Counted from the stretch's first letter, positions 35,049 to 44,712 are shown. The stretch: DNA of 64,000 nucleotides from an uncultured Acidobacteriota bacterium (GCA_963843755.1 CAWJLS010000010.1:289067-353066), one strand, 5' to 3'. The notes: generated by a model not told the origin, from the sequence alone. Made by a program: numbers and translations.

Positions 35049-36889
35049 CCGAACGCCACGACGTGGTGATCCTGGGCGGCGGCATGGCGGGGCTGACCCT
35101 CGCCCGCCACCTCCTGCTCGACACGGACAAGACGGTCCTGATCGTCGAGCGCCGGGCCAGCCTGCCGCCCGAGCGCCAGAAGGTGGGCGAGTCGACGGTG
35201 CAGCTCGCCGGCTACTACCTCTCGAAGGTCCTCGATCTCGAGGAGTACCTCAACCGGGCGCACCTGATGAAGTACAACCTGCGCTTCTACCAGGCGACCC
35301 CCGGGCGGGAGAACCGCCGGTTCGAGGACTACGGCCAGGCCTACATCCGGAGCTTCTCGAACATCGCCAGCTACCAGCTCGACCGCAACCGGTTCGAGGC
35401 GGACCTGCTGGAGCTCAACCGCCGGGACCCGCGGTTCACGATCGCGCTCGGCACTGACGGCCTGGAGGTGGAGCTGGCGACCGATCGGGAGGACGAGGAG
35501 GATGGGGAGGGCCTGCCCCATACCGTCCGTTTCCGTGACGCCGACGGGACCGAGCGCACCGTCGCCGCCGACTGGGTGGTCGACGCCACCGGCCGGCGCC
35601 GCCTCCTGGCGCGGCGCCAGCAGCTCGAGCAGCCGTCCGAGATCCGCCACGGCGCCTTCTTCTGGTGGGTCGACGGGGCGCTCGACATCGAGAAGCTCAC
35701 CGACCGGTCACGACGGGAGATCCGGCTCAAACCGGAGCGCGCGGTCCTCGGTCACCTGCCGCCCTGGCTCGCCACCAACCACTTCTGCGACGAGGGCGCC
35801 TGGTTCTGGGTCATCCCGCTCCACGGCAAGACCAGCCTCGGCCTGGTCTACGACTCCGAGGTCGTCTCCCACGACGACGTGTTCTCGGTGGAGAAGGCGA
35901 CCCGCTGGGTGTGCGAGCGGTTCCCGCTGTTCGCCCGCGACCTGCCGGGGCGCAAGGTGCTGGACTTCGCCGGCTTCCGCTCCTATGCCTACGACTGCGG
36001 CCGGGTGCTGAGCCCGTCGCGCTGGGCCATGGTCGGCGAGTCGGGCCGCTTCCACGACCCGCTCTACAGCCCGGGGAGCGACCTGATCGCGCTCCACAAC
36101 ACCGTCATCGTCGACCTGATCCGGACCCCTGCGGCGGCCGAGCGCGCCGCCCGCTGCCCGCTCTACGAGCAGCTCCTGCGCGGCCTCTTCCAGGCCTACG
36201 TCCCGTCCTACGCCGGCAGCTACGACGCCCTGGGCGACCAGGAGACCTTCTGCCTCAAGTACGGCTGGGAGCTGGCGGTCTACTTCGCCTTCTACGTCTT
36301 CCCGTTCATCAACGACCTGTTCACCGAGCGCCGGTTCCTGCCGACCTACCTGCGGCAGTTCGCGCGGCTGGGCCCGTTCAACCGCTCGGTCCACGCCCTG
36401 CTCTCCGGCTACTTCCAGTGGAAGAAGGCGCGGCAGGCGGAGCGCCGCGCGGCAGGGACCGGGGCCGAGCCCGAGGAGCCGCGAGAGCCGATCTTCTTCG
36501 ATTTCATGGACTTCGGCCCGCTCAAGGCGGCCGAGTCGACGTTCTACCGGGTCGGCGTGCCGATCGAGACGGCGCGGCGGATCGTCACCGAGCAGGTGGC
36601 GAGCCTGGAGCAGATGGTCCGCCTGATCGCGGCCCGGGTCGCCGCGGTGGTCCTGGACGAGCCGCGGGTTCTGCGCAACCGGGCTTTCGTCGAGGGCATC
36701 GACCCGAACGACCAGACCTTCGACCCGCAAGCCATGGCCGCGCGTTGGGCCGCCTGTGCCGGCAGCGACGAGGAGTACCCGTGGCCGTTCGACCCGTCCG
36801 TCCTCGACCGGTTCGACCGGCCCGGTCGGCCCGGTCGGCCGGACGGGGTCGCGGTAGGCGCCGAGCCCGCGCCCACGACGGCCGGCTGA
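35045..36889 (+). CDS. flavin-dependent halogenase (carrier-protein-substrate type)
   Basis: DVVILGGGMAGL (GxGxxG), QKVGESTV (catalytic Lys-x-GES context as in PltA/CmlS-type enzymes), GAWFWVIPL (WxWxIP). ATGA overlap with KS-beta. Confidence 0.8.
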   Translation: MTERHDVVILGGGMAGLTLARHLLLDTDKTVLIVERRASLPPERQKVGESTVQLAGYYLSKVLDLEEYLNRAHLMKYNLRFYQATPGRENRRFEDYGQAYIRSFSNIASYQLDRNRFEADLLELNRRDPRFTIALGTDGLEVELATDREDEEDGEGLPHTVRFRDADGTERTVAADWVVDATGRRRLLARRQQLEQPSEIRHGAFFWWVDGALDIEKLTDRSRREIRLKPERAVLGHLPPWLATNHFCDEGAWFWVIPLHGKTSLGLVYDSEVVSHDDVFSVEKATRWVCERFPLFARDLPGRKVLDFAGFRSYAYDCGRVLSPSRWAMVGESGRFHDPLYSPGSDLIALHNTVIVDLIRTPAAAERAARCPLYEQLLRGLFQAYVPSYAGSYDALGDQETFCLKYGWELAVYFAFYVFPFINDLFTERRFLPTYLRQFARLGPFNRSVHALLSGYFQWKKARQAERRAAGTGAEPEEPREPIFFDFMDFGPLKAAESTFYRVGVPIETARRIVTEQVASLEQMVRLIAARVAAVVLDEPRVLRNRAFVEGIDPNDQTFDPQAMAARWAACAGSDEEYPWPFDPSVLDRFDRPGRPGRPDGVAVGAEPAPTTAG

Positions 36890-36946
36890 GCGGGCCCCGA
36901 GCGGCCCACGCCGACGATCCAGCGCCGATCCAGCAAGGAAGCGACC

Positions 36947-38386
36947 ATGCCCGACTTCGCACCGTCTCTCGAGACCGTCTTCGACACCGTGCCCGAGGAG
37001 GGGAGCTACCGCGCCGAGGTGGTCGACGGCACGGTGCCGGGCTTCGTCCGCGGCACCTACTACCTGATCGGCCCGGCCCGCTTCGTCCGCGGGGGGCTGC
37101 GGTACCGCCACTGGCTCGACGGCGACGGCATGGTCACGACCCTGCGGTTCGACGGGGAAGAGCGGCCGCCGCAGCTCACCAACCGCTTCGTCCGGAGCAC
37201 CAAGCTGACCGACGAGGAGGCGGCGGGCCAGGCCCTCTACCGGACCTTCGGCACCGCCTTCGACGGCGACCAGCTCCTGCGGGGCGTCGCCCTGGCCTCG
37301 CCGGTCAACGTCAGCGCCTGCTTCTTCGCCGGCCGCTTCCTGGCTTTCGGCGAGCAGGGCCTGCCCTGGGAGCTCGACCCGGTCACCCTGGAGACCCGCG
37401 GCGAGCACACCTTCGACGGCCGGTTGAACCCGTTGACGCCGTTCGCCGCCCACCCCAAGATCGACCGGCACTCCGGCGAGCTGTTCAACTTCGGCGTCTC
37501 CTTCTCCGGCAGGCGTCCGACCCTGACCCTCTACCGCTTCGGCGCCGACGGGTCGCAGATCTTCCGCCGCCGCCACGACCTGGACCTGCCGCGCTCGAAC
37601 CACGACTTCGGCCTGTCGGAGCGCTACGCCGCGTTCTACCTGAGCCCGTACGTCATGGACATGGAGGCGTTCATGACCCGCGGCACCTCGGTGCTCGACA
37701 CCCTCTCGTGGCAGCCGGAGCAGGGGAGCCACCTGCTCGTCCTCTCCCGCGAGGACGGCGCCCGGGTCGCCTCCGTTCCCCTCGGCAGCGGCTACTGCCT
37801 CCACCTGGCGAACGCGTTCGATTCCTCCGACGGCGGCAACCGGCTCACCCTCGATCTGCTGGAGCTGGAGGAGCCGGTCTACCCCGACTACCGGGAGCTG
37901 CCGAACCTGTTCGAGCGTGTCCGCCCCGGCCGGCCGGTCCGCCTGGTCGTCGACCTCGACCGGGAAGAGGTCGTCGACCGCCGGGAGGTCGCCTACCACA
38001 AGGCGTGCGACTTCCCGGCCGTCGCCCGCGCCCAGGAGACCCACCCGACCACCGACACCTGGCTGCTCGGCATCTCGAAGACCGGCGAGGAGGGGCGCAA
38101 GTTCTTGGACGAGCTGGTCCACGTCCGCTGGGACACCCCCGACGACGTCGCCGTCTACCGCGCCCCCGCAGGCCGCTTCCTGGGCGGCGAGCCGGTCTTC
38201 GTCGGGAACCCCCAGGCGGAGTCCGACCCCCGCGGCGTCATCATCGTCCAGGAGATCGATCCCGCCGAGCGCCGGAGCGCCTTCCTCCTCTTCGACGCCT
38301 TCGCTGTCGAGAAAGGCCCCATCGCCCGCCTGGCGAACCGGTCCCCGATCCCGCCCTGCTTCCACGCGGGGTTCGAGCCGGGGTGA
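36947..38386 (+). CDS. carotenoid/stilbene cleavage dioxygenase family (CCD/RPE65) non-heme iron oxygenase
   Basis: RHWLDGDGMV, FAAHPKID, SNHDFG, CLHLANAFD, CFHAGFEP (the four-His pattern of CCD/LSD enzymes). Confidence 0.85.
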   Translation: MPDFAPSLETVFDTVPEEGSYRAEVVDGTVPGFVRGTYYLIGPARFVRGGLRYRHWLDGDGMVTTLRFDGEERPPQLTNRFVRSTKLTDEEAAGQALYRTFGTAFDGDQLLRGVALASPVNVSACFFAGRFLAFGEQGLPWELDPVTLETRGEHTFDGRLNPLTPFAAHPKIDRHSGELFNFGVSFSGRRPTLTLYRFGADGSQIFRRRHDLDLPRSNHDFGLSERYAAFYLSPYVMDMEAFMTRGTSVLDTLSWQPEQGSHLLVLSREDGARVASVPLGSGYCLHLANAFDSSDGGNRLTLDLLELEEPVYPDYRELPNLFERVRPGRPVRLVVDLDREEVVDRREVAYHKACDFPAVARAQETHPTTDTWLLGISKTGEEGRKFLDELVHVRWDTPDDVAVYRAPAGRFLGGEPVFVGNPQAESDPRGVIIVQEIDPAERRSAFLLFDAFAVEKGPIARLANRSPIPPCFHAGFEPG

Positions 38387-38396
38387 GGGTGGCATC

Positions 38397-38681
38397 TCAG
38401 CCTCCTGTCGTTCCCCGTTCCAGCGGGAGCATCCGCACGCGGTACCTGGTCTCCTCGACCGTCACGGCAGCACCGTGATCGAGCGCTGCTTTGCACTCCT
38501 CCAGGGCGGAGAGGAGGAGAGGGGTCACGGTCTTGGGGGTCTGGTCCCGGACCGTGACGAGGCTGGGAAGGCTCCCGCCGCTGGCGGCGAGCAGGTCGCC
38601 GAAGTCGAGATCGAATGCGATGACCACTTGGGCTTTGTCGGCCGCGAGAGCGAGGATCTGGTTGTCGGCGAGCAGCTTCAC
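38397..38681 (-). CDS. DUF5615-like (Mut7-C/PIN-like) putative toxin, apparently shortened
   Basis: VKLLADNQ|ILALAADKAQVVIAFDLDFGDLL...SLVTVR...VTVEETRYRVRML. Its GTG start overlaps the DUF433 stop (GTGA). Compared with typical members as I remember them (about 110-120 aa), roughly 30 aa after the N-terminal LxDxN strand seem to be missing. Confidence 0.6.
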   Translation of the reverse strand: MKLLADNQILALAADKAQVVIAFDLDFGDLLAASGGSLPSLVTVRDQTPKTVTPLLLSALEECKAALDHGAAVTVEETRYRVRMLPLERGTTGG

Positions 38682-38914
38682 GCCGTGGCGGCGGGAAGTG
38701 GGCGGATCTCTTCGCTGGCGAGGAAGGCGGCGTACTGGAGGGCCTGACGGATGTCTTCTGCTTCCAGGAAAGGGTACTCGCGGAGGATCTCCGCGGTGCT
38801 CATCCCGTTGGCCACCAGGTTGACCACCTGGGCGACGCTCATGCGCAGGGAGCGCACGGTTGCTCGGCCGCCGAGGATCTTGGGATCGAAGGTGATGCGG
38901 TCGAAGCGTGGCAT
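38678..38914 (-). CDS. DUF433 domain protein (putative antitoxin partner)
   Basis: ITFDPKILGGRATVRSLRMSVAQVVNLVANGMSTAEILREYPFLEAEDIRQALQYAA, the canonical DUF433 pattern. Confidence 0.8.
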   Translation of the reverse strand: MPRFDRITFDPKILGGRATVRSLRMSVAQVVNLVANGMSTAEILREYPFLEAEDIRQALQYAAFLASEEIRPLPAATA

Positions 38915-39130
38915 GGTCTACGCCTAGTGTCCCATGGCCGCCTCGGCGCGGCCAGATGGCCTGGTCAGCTCCTTCGCGGATCGGTGAACGGAGCACCGGC
39001 GCGGAGCCGAGCGAGGCGACTTGCTACGATCGCCCGGTTGCGACGAACACTCCGCCAACGGCCGAATGGCCGCCCCGCCCGGCCCGAGCGCCTGCCCCCT
39101 CTGAGGTGGCTGAGGCGACTGAGGCGGCCG

Positions 39131-41329
39131 ATGGGATCGATGCTGCCACGCCGGCCGGATCGGTCGCGGCGGCTGCATCTCGTTCCCGTCTTCCTGGTCG
39201 TCCCGGTTGTCCTGACGGTCCTCGCGTCGGCGTGGCTCGGCTGTGCCGACCGTCGGCCGCAGGGGCCGGGGGCGGCGACGGGGCAGCCGCTCCGGGCGAT
39301 CGTGCGTCCCGAGCCCCTGAGCTTTCTGCCCCGCCGGGGTGAGCCGGTGAACCGGGATCGCCAGGTGGTGGAGGGGCTGGCCGCCTGGTTGGGGCGCGAG
39401 GTCGAGCCGGTGACCATGCGCGACCCGGAGCGGATGATCGGCGCTCTGCTCGACGGCGAGGCGGACGTGATCGCCGCCGGCATGGCGGTGACCGACGCCC
39501 GGAGCGCCCGGGTCGCGTTCTCCCTTCCGTACCTTCACGTGGACGACCTGCTGGTGGCGCCGAAGGAGCGCTGGACGGGCGATCTGTCCGCCAGCGAGGT
39601 GTGCGTGCCCCGGGCGACCGGGCCGGCGGAGTCGCTGGCCGCCCTCGCCGCCGTCCATCCCGGGCTGTCGATCCGGGAGCTGCCGCCCGACGTCCGTCCC
39701 GACCGGTTGGTGCTGCTGGTGAAGTACGGCGCCTGCGACGCCGCGGCGCTCGACTCCGAGGCCTGGGCGGCGGTGTCGCGGGACTTTCCCGGCATCGTGC
39801 CGGTGCGCACCCTGCATGAGGGCCGGCCGGTGGCCGTGGCCCTGCGCCCGGGCGACGACGCGCTCCGGCGCCGGGTCGACACCTTCCTGACAGAGGAGGC
39901 GCTCACCGGGCCGGAAGCGGTGGTCGCGCGGGACGACCTGCCGGGCATCGTGCACCGGCGGACGCTGCGCATGCTGACCCGCAACAACGCCATGACCTAC
40001 TTCATCCACCGGGGGCGCCAGCTCGGCTTCGAGTACGAGCTGCTGCAGCGGTTCGCCGAGGAGCAGGGGCTGCGGCTCGAGATCGTCATCCCGCCGAGCC
40101 ACGACGACCTCATCCCCTGGCTGCGCCAAGGGCGGGGCGACGTGATCGCCGCCGCCATGACGGTGACCCCGGAGCGGGATCGGCAGGTCGCCTTCACCCG
40201 GCCGTATCTCGAGGTGGAGGAGCTGGTGGTGGCGCGGGCGGACGCGCCGGTCGAGCGGCTGGCGGACCTGGCCGGGCGCACCGTCCACGTGCGCCGCTCG
40301 AGCTCCTTCTACCCCCGGCTGCTCGCCCTCCAGGAGGGCGCCGGGTTCAAGATCGAGCTGGCGCCGGAAGACATGGAGACCGAGGAGATCCTGGCCCGGG
40401 TCGAGGACGGCACCTGGGACGTGGCGGTGGCGGACTCGAACCTGCTCGACGCGGTCCGGCGCCTGGGGAGCGACCTCGGCGCCAGCTTGAGCCTCGGCAC
40501 CGGCCACCTGGCCTGGGCGGTGCGCGAGGACAACCCGCGGCTGCGCCAGGCCCTCGACCGCTTCCTCGCCGCCAACCGGCGGAGCCGTTTCTTCAACGTC
40601 GTCCGCCGCAAGTACTTCGAGAACGAGCGGATGATCGCCCGGGGCCGCGGCGCCTGGCGCTCCGACCGGAGCGGGCGCATCTCCCCGTGGGACGAGACGA
40701 TCCGCCAGGAGGCCGCCGCCCGGTCGCTCGACTGGCGGCTGGTGGCGGCGGTGATGTACACCGAGTCCGGGTTCGACCCGTCGTCGCGGAGCTGGGCCGG
40801 CGCCGTCGGCCTGATGCAGCTCATGCCCGGCACGGGACAGGATCTCGGCCTCGGGGACCTGCACGACCCGATCGGCTCGATCCGCGCCGGCACCGCCTAC
40901 CTGCGGCAGCTCGTCGACCGCTTCGAGCCCGATCTGCCGCTGGCCGCGCGGCTGCGCTTCGCCCTGGCGGCCTACAACGTCGGCTACGAGCACGTGCGCG
41001 ACGCCCGCCGCCTGGCGGCCCGGCTCGGCTGGTCCCCCGACCGCTGGCAGGGCAACGTGGCGCGGGCGATCGTCCTGCTGGAGCGGCCCGAGTATCACCA
41101 GGATGCCCGTTTCGGCTACTGCCGCGGCTCCGCGGCGGTGGCCTACGTGCGGGCGGTCGAGCAGCTCTACCGGATCTACGCCGAGATCGTCCCGCGGGAG
41201 CCGGAAGGCTTCCCGGAGGAGGTGCCGGGGGACGGCGGGAGTGACGGGAGCAGTGGAAGCGGTGGGCAGTTGGCGGCCGGGGCCACTCAGCCCGCCGAGG
41301 CGCCGGCCGCGACCTCGTCCGGCGTCTAG
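39131..41329 (+). CDS. mltF: MltF-like lytic murein transglycosylase lipoprotein with two SBP3-like domains plus an SLT domain
   Basis: Lipobox LASAWLGC. Two periplasmic-binding-like modules (…DVIAAGMAVTDARSARVAFSLPY… and …DVIAAAMTVTPERDRQVAFTRPY…). SLT catalytic region AVMYTESGFDPSSRSWAGAVGLMQLMPGT...AYNVG. Confidence 0.85.
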   Translation: MGSMLPRRPDRSRRLHLVPVFLVVPVVLTVLASAWLGCADRRPQGPGAATGQPLRAIVRPEPLSFLPRRGEPVNRDRQVVEGLAAWLGREVEPVTMRDPERMIGALLDGEADVIAAGMAVTDARSARVAFSLPYLHVDDLLVAPKERWTGDLSASEVCVPRATGPAESLAALAAVHPGLSIRELPPDVRPDRLVLLVKYGACDAAALDSEAWAAVSRDFPGIVPVRTLHEGRPVAVALRPGDDALRRRVDTFLTEEALTGPEAVVARDDLPGIVHRRTLRMLTRNNAMTYFIHRGRQLGFEYELLQRFAEEQGLRLEIVIPPSHDDLIPWLRQGRGDVIAAAMTVTPERDRQVAFTRPYLEVEELVVARADAPVERLADLAGRTVHVRRSSSFYPRLLALQEGAGFKIELAPEDMETEEILARVEDGTWDVAVADSNLLDAVRRLGSDLGASLSLGTGHLAWAVREDNPRLRQALDRFLAANRRSRFFNVVRRKYFENERMIARGRGAWRSDRSGRISPWDETIRQEAAARSLDWRLVAAVMYTESGFDPSSRSWAGAVGLMQLMPGTGQDLGLGDLHDPIGSIRAGTAYLRQLVDRFEPDLPLAARLRFALAAYNVGYEHVRDARRLAARLGWSPDRWQGNVARAIVLLERPEYHQDARFGYCRGSAAVAYVRAVEQLYRIYAEIVPREPEGFPEEVPGDGGSDGSSGSGGQLAAGATQPAEAPAATSSGV

Positions 41330-41357
41330 CTCTCGTCTGCCGAACGGCCCGGCTCGC

Positions 41358-44300
41358 TCAGTCCAACAGCGCCTCCAGCAGCTCCGCCAGGTGCAGCGGC
41401 TCCCGCCCCGTCGTCTGCTCGATCTGGGTCCGGCAGGAGAAGCCGTCGGCCAGGACGATCGTCTCCGCCGGTGCGCTGCGCACGGCCGGCGCCAGGACCT
41501 CCTCGGCGCAGGCGAGGGAGACGGCGAGCTTGTCCGGCTCGTAGCCGAAGGCGCCGGCCATGCCGCAGCAGCCGGAGTCGAGCACCTCGGCGTCGATGCC
41601 GAGGCGGCCGAGCAGCGCCCGGTCGGCGTCCAGGGTCATGACCGCCCGGTGGTGGCAGTGGCCGTGGACGAGCGCCCGCCGGGCGGGGCCGCCGCCTTCG
41701 GCGTCTTCGGCCGCTCCGGACTTGCCGATCGCATCCGTGGCACCGGGAGGGGCCCAGTCGCCGGCCCGCTGCTCGAGCAGCTCGGCCAGGGTGACGGTCA
41801 GCTCGGAGAGCCGCCGGGCGTCCGGATCGTCGGCGAGCAGGTCGGTCAGCTCGTCGCGGAAGACGGCGATGCAGCTCGGCTCGAGGCCGACGACCGGGGT
41901 GCCGGCGCGGATCTCCGCGCGCAGGGCGCCGACCGTCTTGCGCAGGGTCCGTTCGGCCAGCCCGAGGAAGCCCTGGTCGTAGAGCGGGCGGCCGCAGCAG
42001 AGGCCCTTGGGCGGCAGGACGACCTCGAAGCCGGCCGCCTCGAGCACGGCGACGGCCGCCTCTGCCACCCGCGGGCGGAGGTGGTCGTGGAAGGTGTCCG
42101 GCCAGAGCAGAACCCGGCCGCGCGGGGCGGCGGTCTCTGTCCGCCCGGCGCCGCTCGACACGGTGGGTGAGGCGTCTCCCCGCGGTGGCCCTTGCTGATG
42201 GGGCCGATGGGGCCGGTGGGATCGCTCGAACCGGCTTCGGAACGTGCGCTCGGCGAGCCGTGGGATCGGCCGCTCCCGGGCGATGCCGGCCAGGGCCTCG
42301 AGCAGCCGGGCGCTCCGGCGGTTGCGGCTCAGGGAGTTGACCAGTCGGGGCAGGCCGGGCACGGCGGCGGCGATCCGGAGCCACCAGGAGACGAGCCCCA
42401 CGGCGTAGGCGGTGCGGGGGCGCAAGCGCCCTTCATAGTGGTGGCTGAGGAACTCCGCCTTGTAGGTCGCCATGTCGACCTGGACGGGGCACTCCCGCCG
42501 GCACGCCTTGCAGGCGAGGCACAGGTCGAGCGCCTCGCGCACCTCCTCGCTCCGCCAGCCGTCGTCGATCGCCTCCCCCTGGAGCATCTCGAACAGCAGC
42601 CGGGCCCTCCCGCGGGTCGAGTGGCGCTCCTCGCGGGTCGCCTTGTAGCTCGGGCACATGACGCCGCCTTCGGTCCGCCGGCACTTGCCGACGCCGACGC
42701 AGCGGGTGACCGCCGAGGACAGCCGGCCATCGTCGCCGGCGAGGCGGAAGCGGGTCGGCGGCTCCCAGCGGGGGAACGGATGGCCCGCGCCCTCGGCGCT
42801 CCCCCCGAGCCGGAGGTTCGAGGTCAGCGGGTATGGGTGGACCACCTTGCCCGGGTTGAGCCGATCGTCCGGGTCCCAGATCGCCTTGACTTCGGCGAAC
42901 GCCCGGCAGAGCTCCTCGCCGTACATCTTGGGCAGCAGCTCGGCCCGCGCCTGGCCGTCGCCGTGCTCGCCGGAGAGCGACCCGCCGTGGGCGAGCACCA
43001 GCTCCGCCGCTTCGTCCAAGAAGGCGCGGAAGGCGCGGACGCCGTCGCGCGACGCCAGGTCGAAGTCGATCCTGGTGTGGAGGCAGCCGTCGCCGAAATG
43101 GCCGTAGAAGGCGCCGTGGTAGCCGTAGCGGTCGTAGAGGCGACGGAGCTCCCGCAGGTAGGCGCCCATGCGCTCCGGCGCCACCGCCGAGTCCTCCCAG
43201 CCGGCCCAGGAGGGCTTCCTCCCCGGCACCCGGGCGGTGGCGCCGAGGCCGGACTCGCGGACCGTCCAGAGCAGGCGCTGCTCGGCCGCCTCGGTGAGCA
43301 GCCGGGAGGCCCGGAAGCCGGGCGCCGAAGCGAGGGTCCGGAGGACCCGCTCGGCCCGGTCGGCGGCCTCCTCCGGGCTCGGGCCGCCGAGCTCGATCAG
43401 CAGCCACCCGGCGCCCTCCGGCAGCAGGGCGTGGCCCCGGGGGTTGAGCTGCTTGCGCCTCTGGTCCTCGATCAGCCGTTCGTCGAACCCTTCGAGGCCG
43501 ATGATCCCGGCGCCGGCGTCCGCTGCGGGCTTCTGGTCCGCCGGGTCGTGTCGCGCGATCCGCGCGATCCGGTGGACGAGCAGGCCGGGCACCGCGTCGG
43601 CGGCGGCCGCGACGTCGTCGAAGCCGGCCAGGAGCAAGGCGCGGTGGCCGGGCCAGTCGACCAGCTCGAGGGTCGCCTCGAGCACCAGGGCGCAGGTCCC
43701 CTCGCTGCCGACCAGCGAGCGGCCCAGGTGAAAGCCGTTCTCCGGCAGCAGGGCATCGAGGGTAAACCCCGAGACCCGGCGGGGGATCGGCGGGAAGCGC
43801 TCGCGGACGGCGTCGCCGTAGCGCGTGGCGAGGGCGGCGAGACGGCGGACGATCTCGGCCGGCCGGCCGCCGCCGGCCTCGATCCGGCGCCGCCGGCGAT
43901 CGTCCAGCGCTTCGGCGGTCATGCGGGTGCCGTCGTAGGCCAGCACGTCCAAGGCGCGGACGTTGTCGACCGTGCGCCCGGCCAGCACGGAGTGCACGCC
44001 GCAGGAGTTGTTGCCGATCATGCCGCCCAGGGTGCAGCGGTCGTGGGTCGCCGGGTCCGGGCCGAAGGTCAGGCCGAACGGCTCCGTGCTCCGGCGTAGC
44101 TCATCGAGCACCGCCCCCGGCTCGACCCGGGCCAGCCGTGCGTCCGGGTCGACCTCGAGCACCCGGTTCATGTGGCGCGAGAAGTCGAGCACCACCGCCA
44201 GGTTGCAGGCCTGGCCGGCCAGGCTGGTGCCGGCGCCGCGGCCGAGGATCGGGGCGCCGAAGCGGCGGCAGGCGGCGACCGCGGCCTCCACGTCGGCGGC

Positions 44301-44489
44301 GTGACGGGGCCGCACGACCCCCAGGGGGAGCTGGCGGTAGTTGGAGGCGTCGGTGGAGTAGAGGGCGCGCTCACCGGCGCCGAACAGCACCTCGCCGTCG
44401 AGCGTCCGGGCCAGCTCGGCCGCCAGGCCGCGGGCGTCGCCGGTCCAGTGGGTGGGTGGCTGGCGGGTCCAGGCGGTCACGGGTCCCAT
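41358..44489 (-). CDS. FAD-binding oxidase fused to Fe-S/CCG domains (YdiJ / GlcD-GlcF-fusion type 2-hydroxyacid dehydrogenase)
   Basis: PILGRGAGTSLAGQ...GGMIGNNSCGVHS (FAD PCMH domain). CLACKACRRECP and GLEPSC.../LDSGCCGMAG (CCG-type Cys motifs). 1043 aa. Confidence 0.85.
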   Translation of the reverse strand: MGPVTAWTRQPPTHWTGDARGLAAELARTLDGEVLFGAGERALYSTDASNYRQLPLGVVRPRHAADVEAAVAACRRFGAPILGRGAGTSLAGQACNLAVVLDFSRHMNRVLEVDPDARLARVEPGAVLDELRRSTEPFGLTFGPDPATHDRCTLGGMIGNNSCGVHSVLAGRTVDNVRALDVLAYDGTRMTAEALDDRRRRRIEAGGGRPAEIVRRLAALATRYGDAVRERFPPIPRRVSGFTLDALLPENGFHLGRSLVGSEGTCALVLEATLELVDWPGHRALLLAGFDDVAAAADAVPGLLVHRIARIARHDPADQKPAADAGAGIIGLEGFDERLIEDQRRKQLNPRGHALLPEGAGWLLIELGGPSPEEAADRAERVLRTLASAPGFRASRLLTEAAEQRLLWTVRESGLGATARVPGRKPSWAGWEDSAVAPERMGAYLRELRRLYDRYGYHGAFYGHFGDGCLHTRIDFDLASRDGVRAFRAFLDEAAELVLAHGGSLSGEHGDGQARAELLPKMYGEELCRAFAEVKAIWDPDDRLNPGKVVHPYPLTSNLRLGGSAEGAGHPFPRWEPPTRFRLAGDDGRLSSAVTRCVGVGKCRRTEGGVMCPSYKATREERHSTRGRARLLFEMLQGEAIDDGWRSEEVREALDLCLACKACRRECPVQVDMATYKAEFLSHHYEGRLRPRTAYAVGLVSWWLRIAAAVPGLPRLVNSLSRNRRSARLLEALAGIARERPIPRLAERTFRSRFERSHRPHRPHQQGPPRGDASPTVSSGAGRTETAAPRGRVLLWPDTFHDHLRPRVAEAAVAVLEAAGFEVVLPPKGLCCGRPLYDQGFLGLAERTLRKTVGALRAEIRAGTPVVGLEPSCIAVFRDELTDLLADDPDARRLSELTVTLAELLEQRAGDWAPPGATDAIGKSGAAEDAEGGGPARRALVHGHCHHRAVMTLDADRALLGRLGIDAEVLDSGCCGMAGAFGYEPDKLAVSLACAEEVLAPAVRSAPAETIVLADGFSCRTQIEQTTGREPLHLAELLEALLD

Positions 44490-44712
44490 CCTACCCGGCC
44501 CCAGGCGAGGCGCTACCGCCGTTCGATCGGGGGCTCGGGAGCCCCGTCAGGGCCTCGCGGTGCGCCCTCTGTCCCGGTTCTCCGTATTTCTGCACATACT
44601 TCAATGTAGGCAGATCGAATCAGCCGGCCGCCCGGCCGGGTCCCGTCCCTCCGTCGGAGAACCGGAGGGCCATCCACCCAGATCCTCTCATCATGAGGAG
44701 AAGGAGAGACTG

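Noticed and set aside
35708-38395. 895-aa minus-strand ORF. Similar cases: 38924-41098 (724 aa), 45815-49249 (1,144 aa), 59242-61593 (783 aa), 21752-23356 (534 aa), 5608-7440 (610 aa), 50127-50687
   Set aside because: All lie opposite, or out of frame with, genes that have clear family signatures (halogenase/CCD, MltF, COG2403/GH20, DUF885, RnfC, KorA). Their compositions (R/G/P/A-rich) are typical of wrong-frame translation in high-GC DNA.
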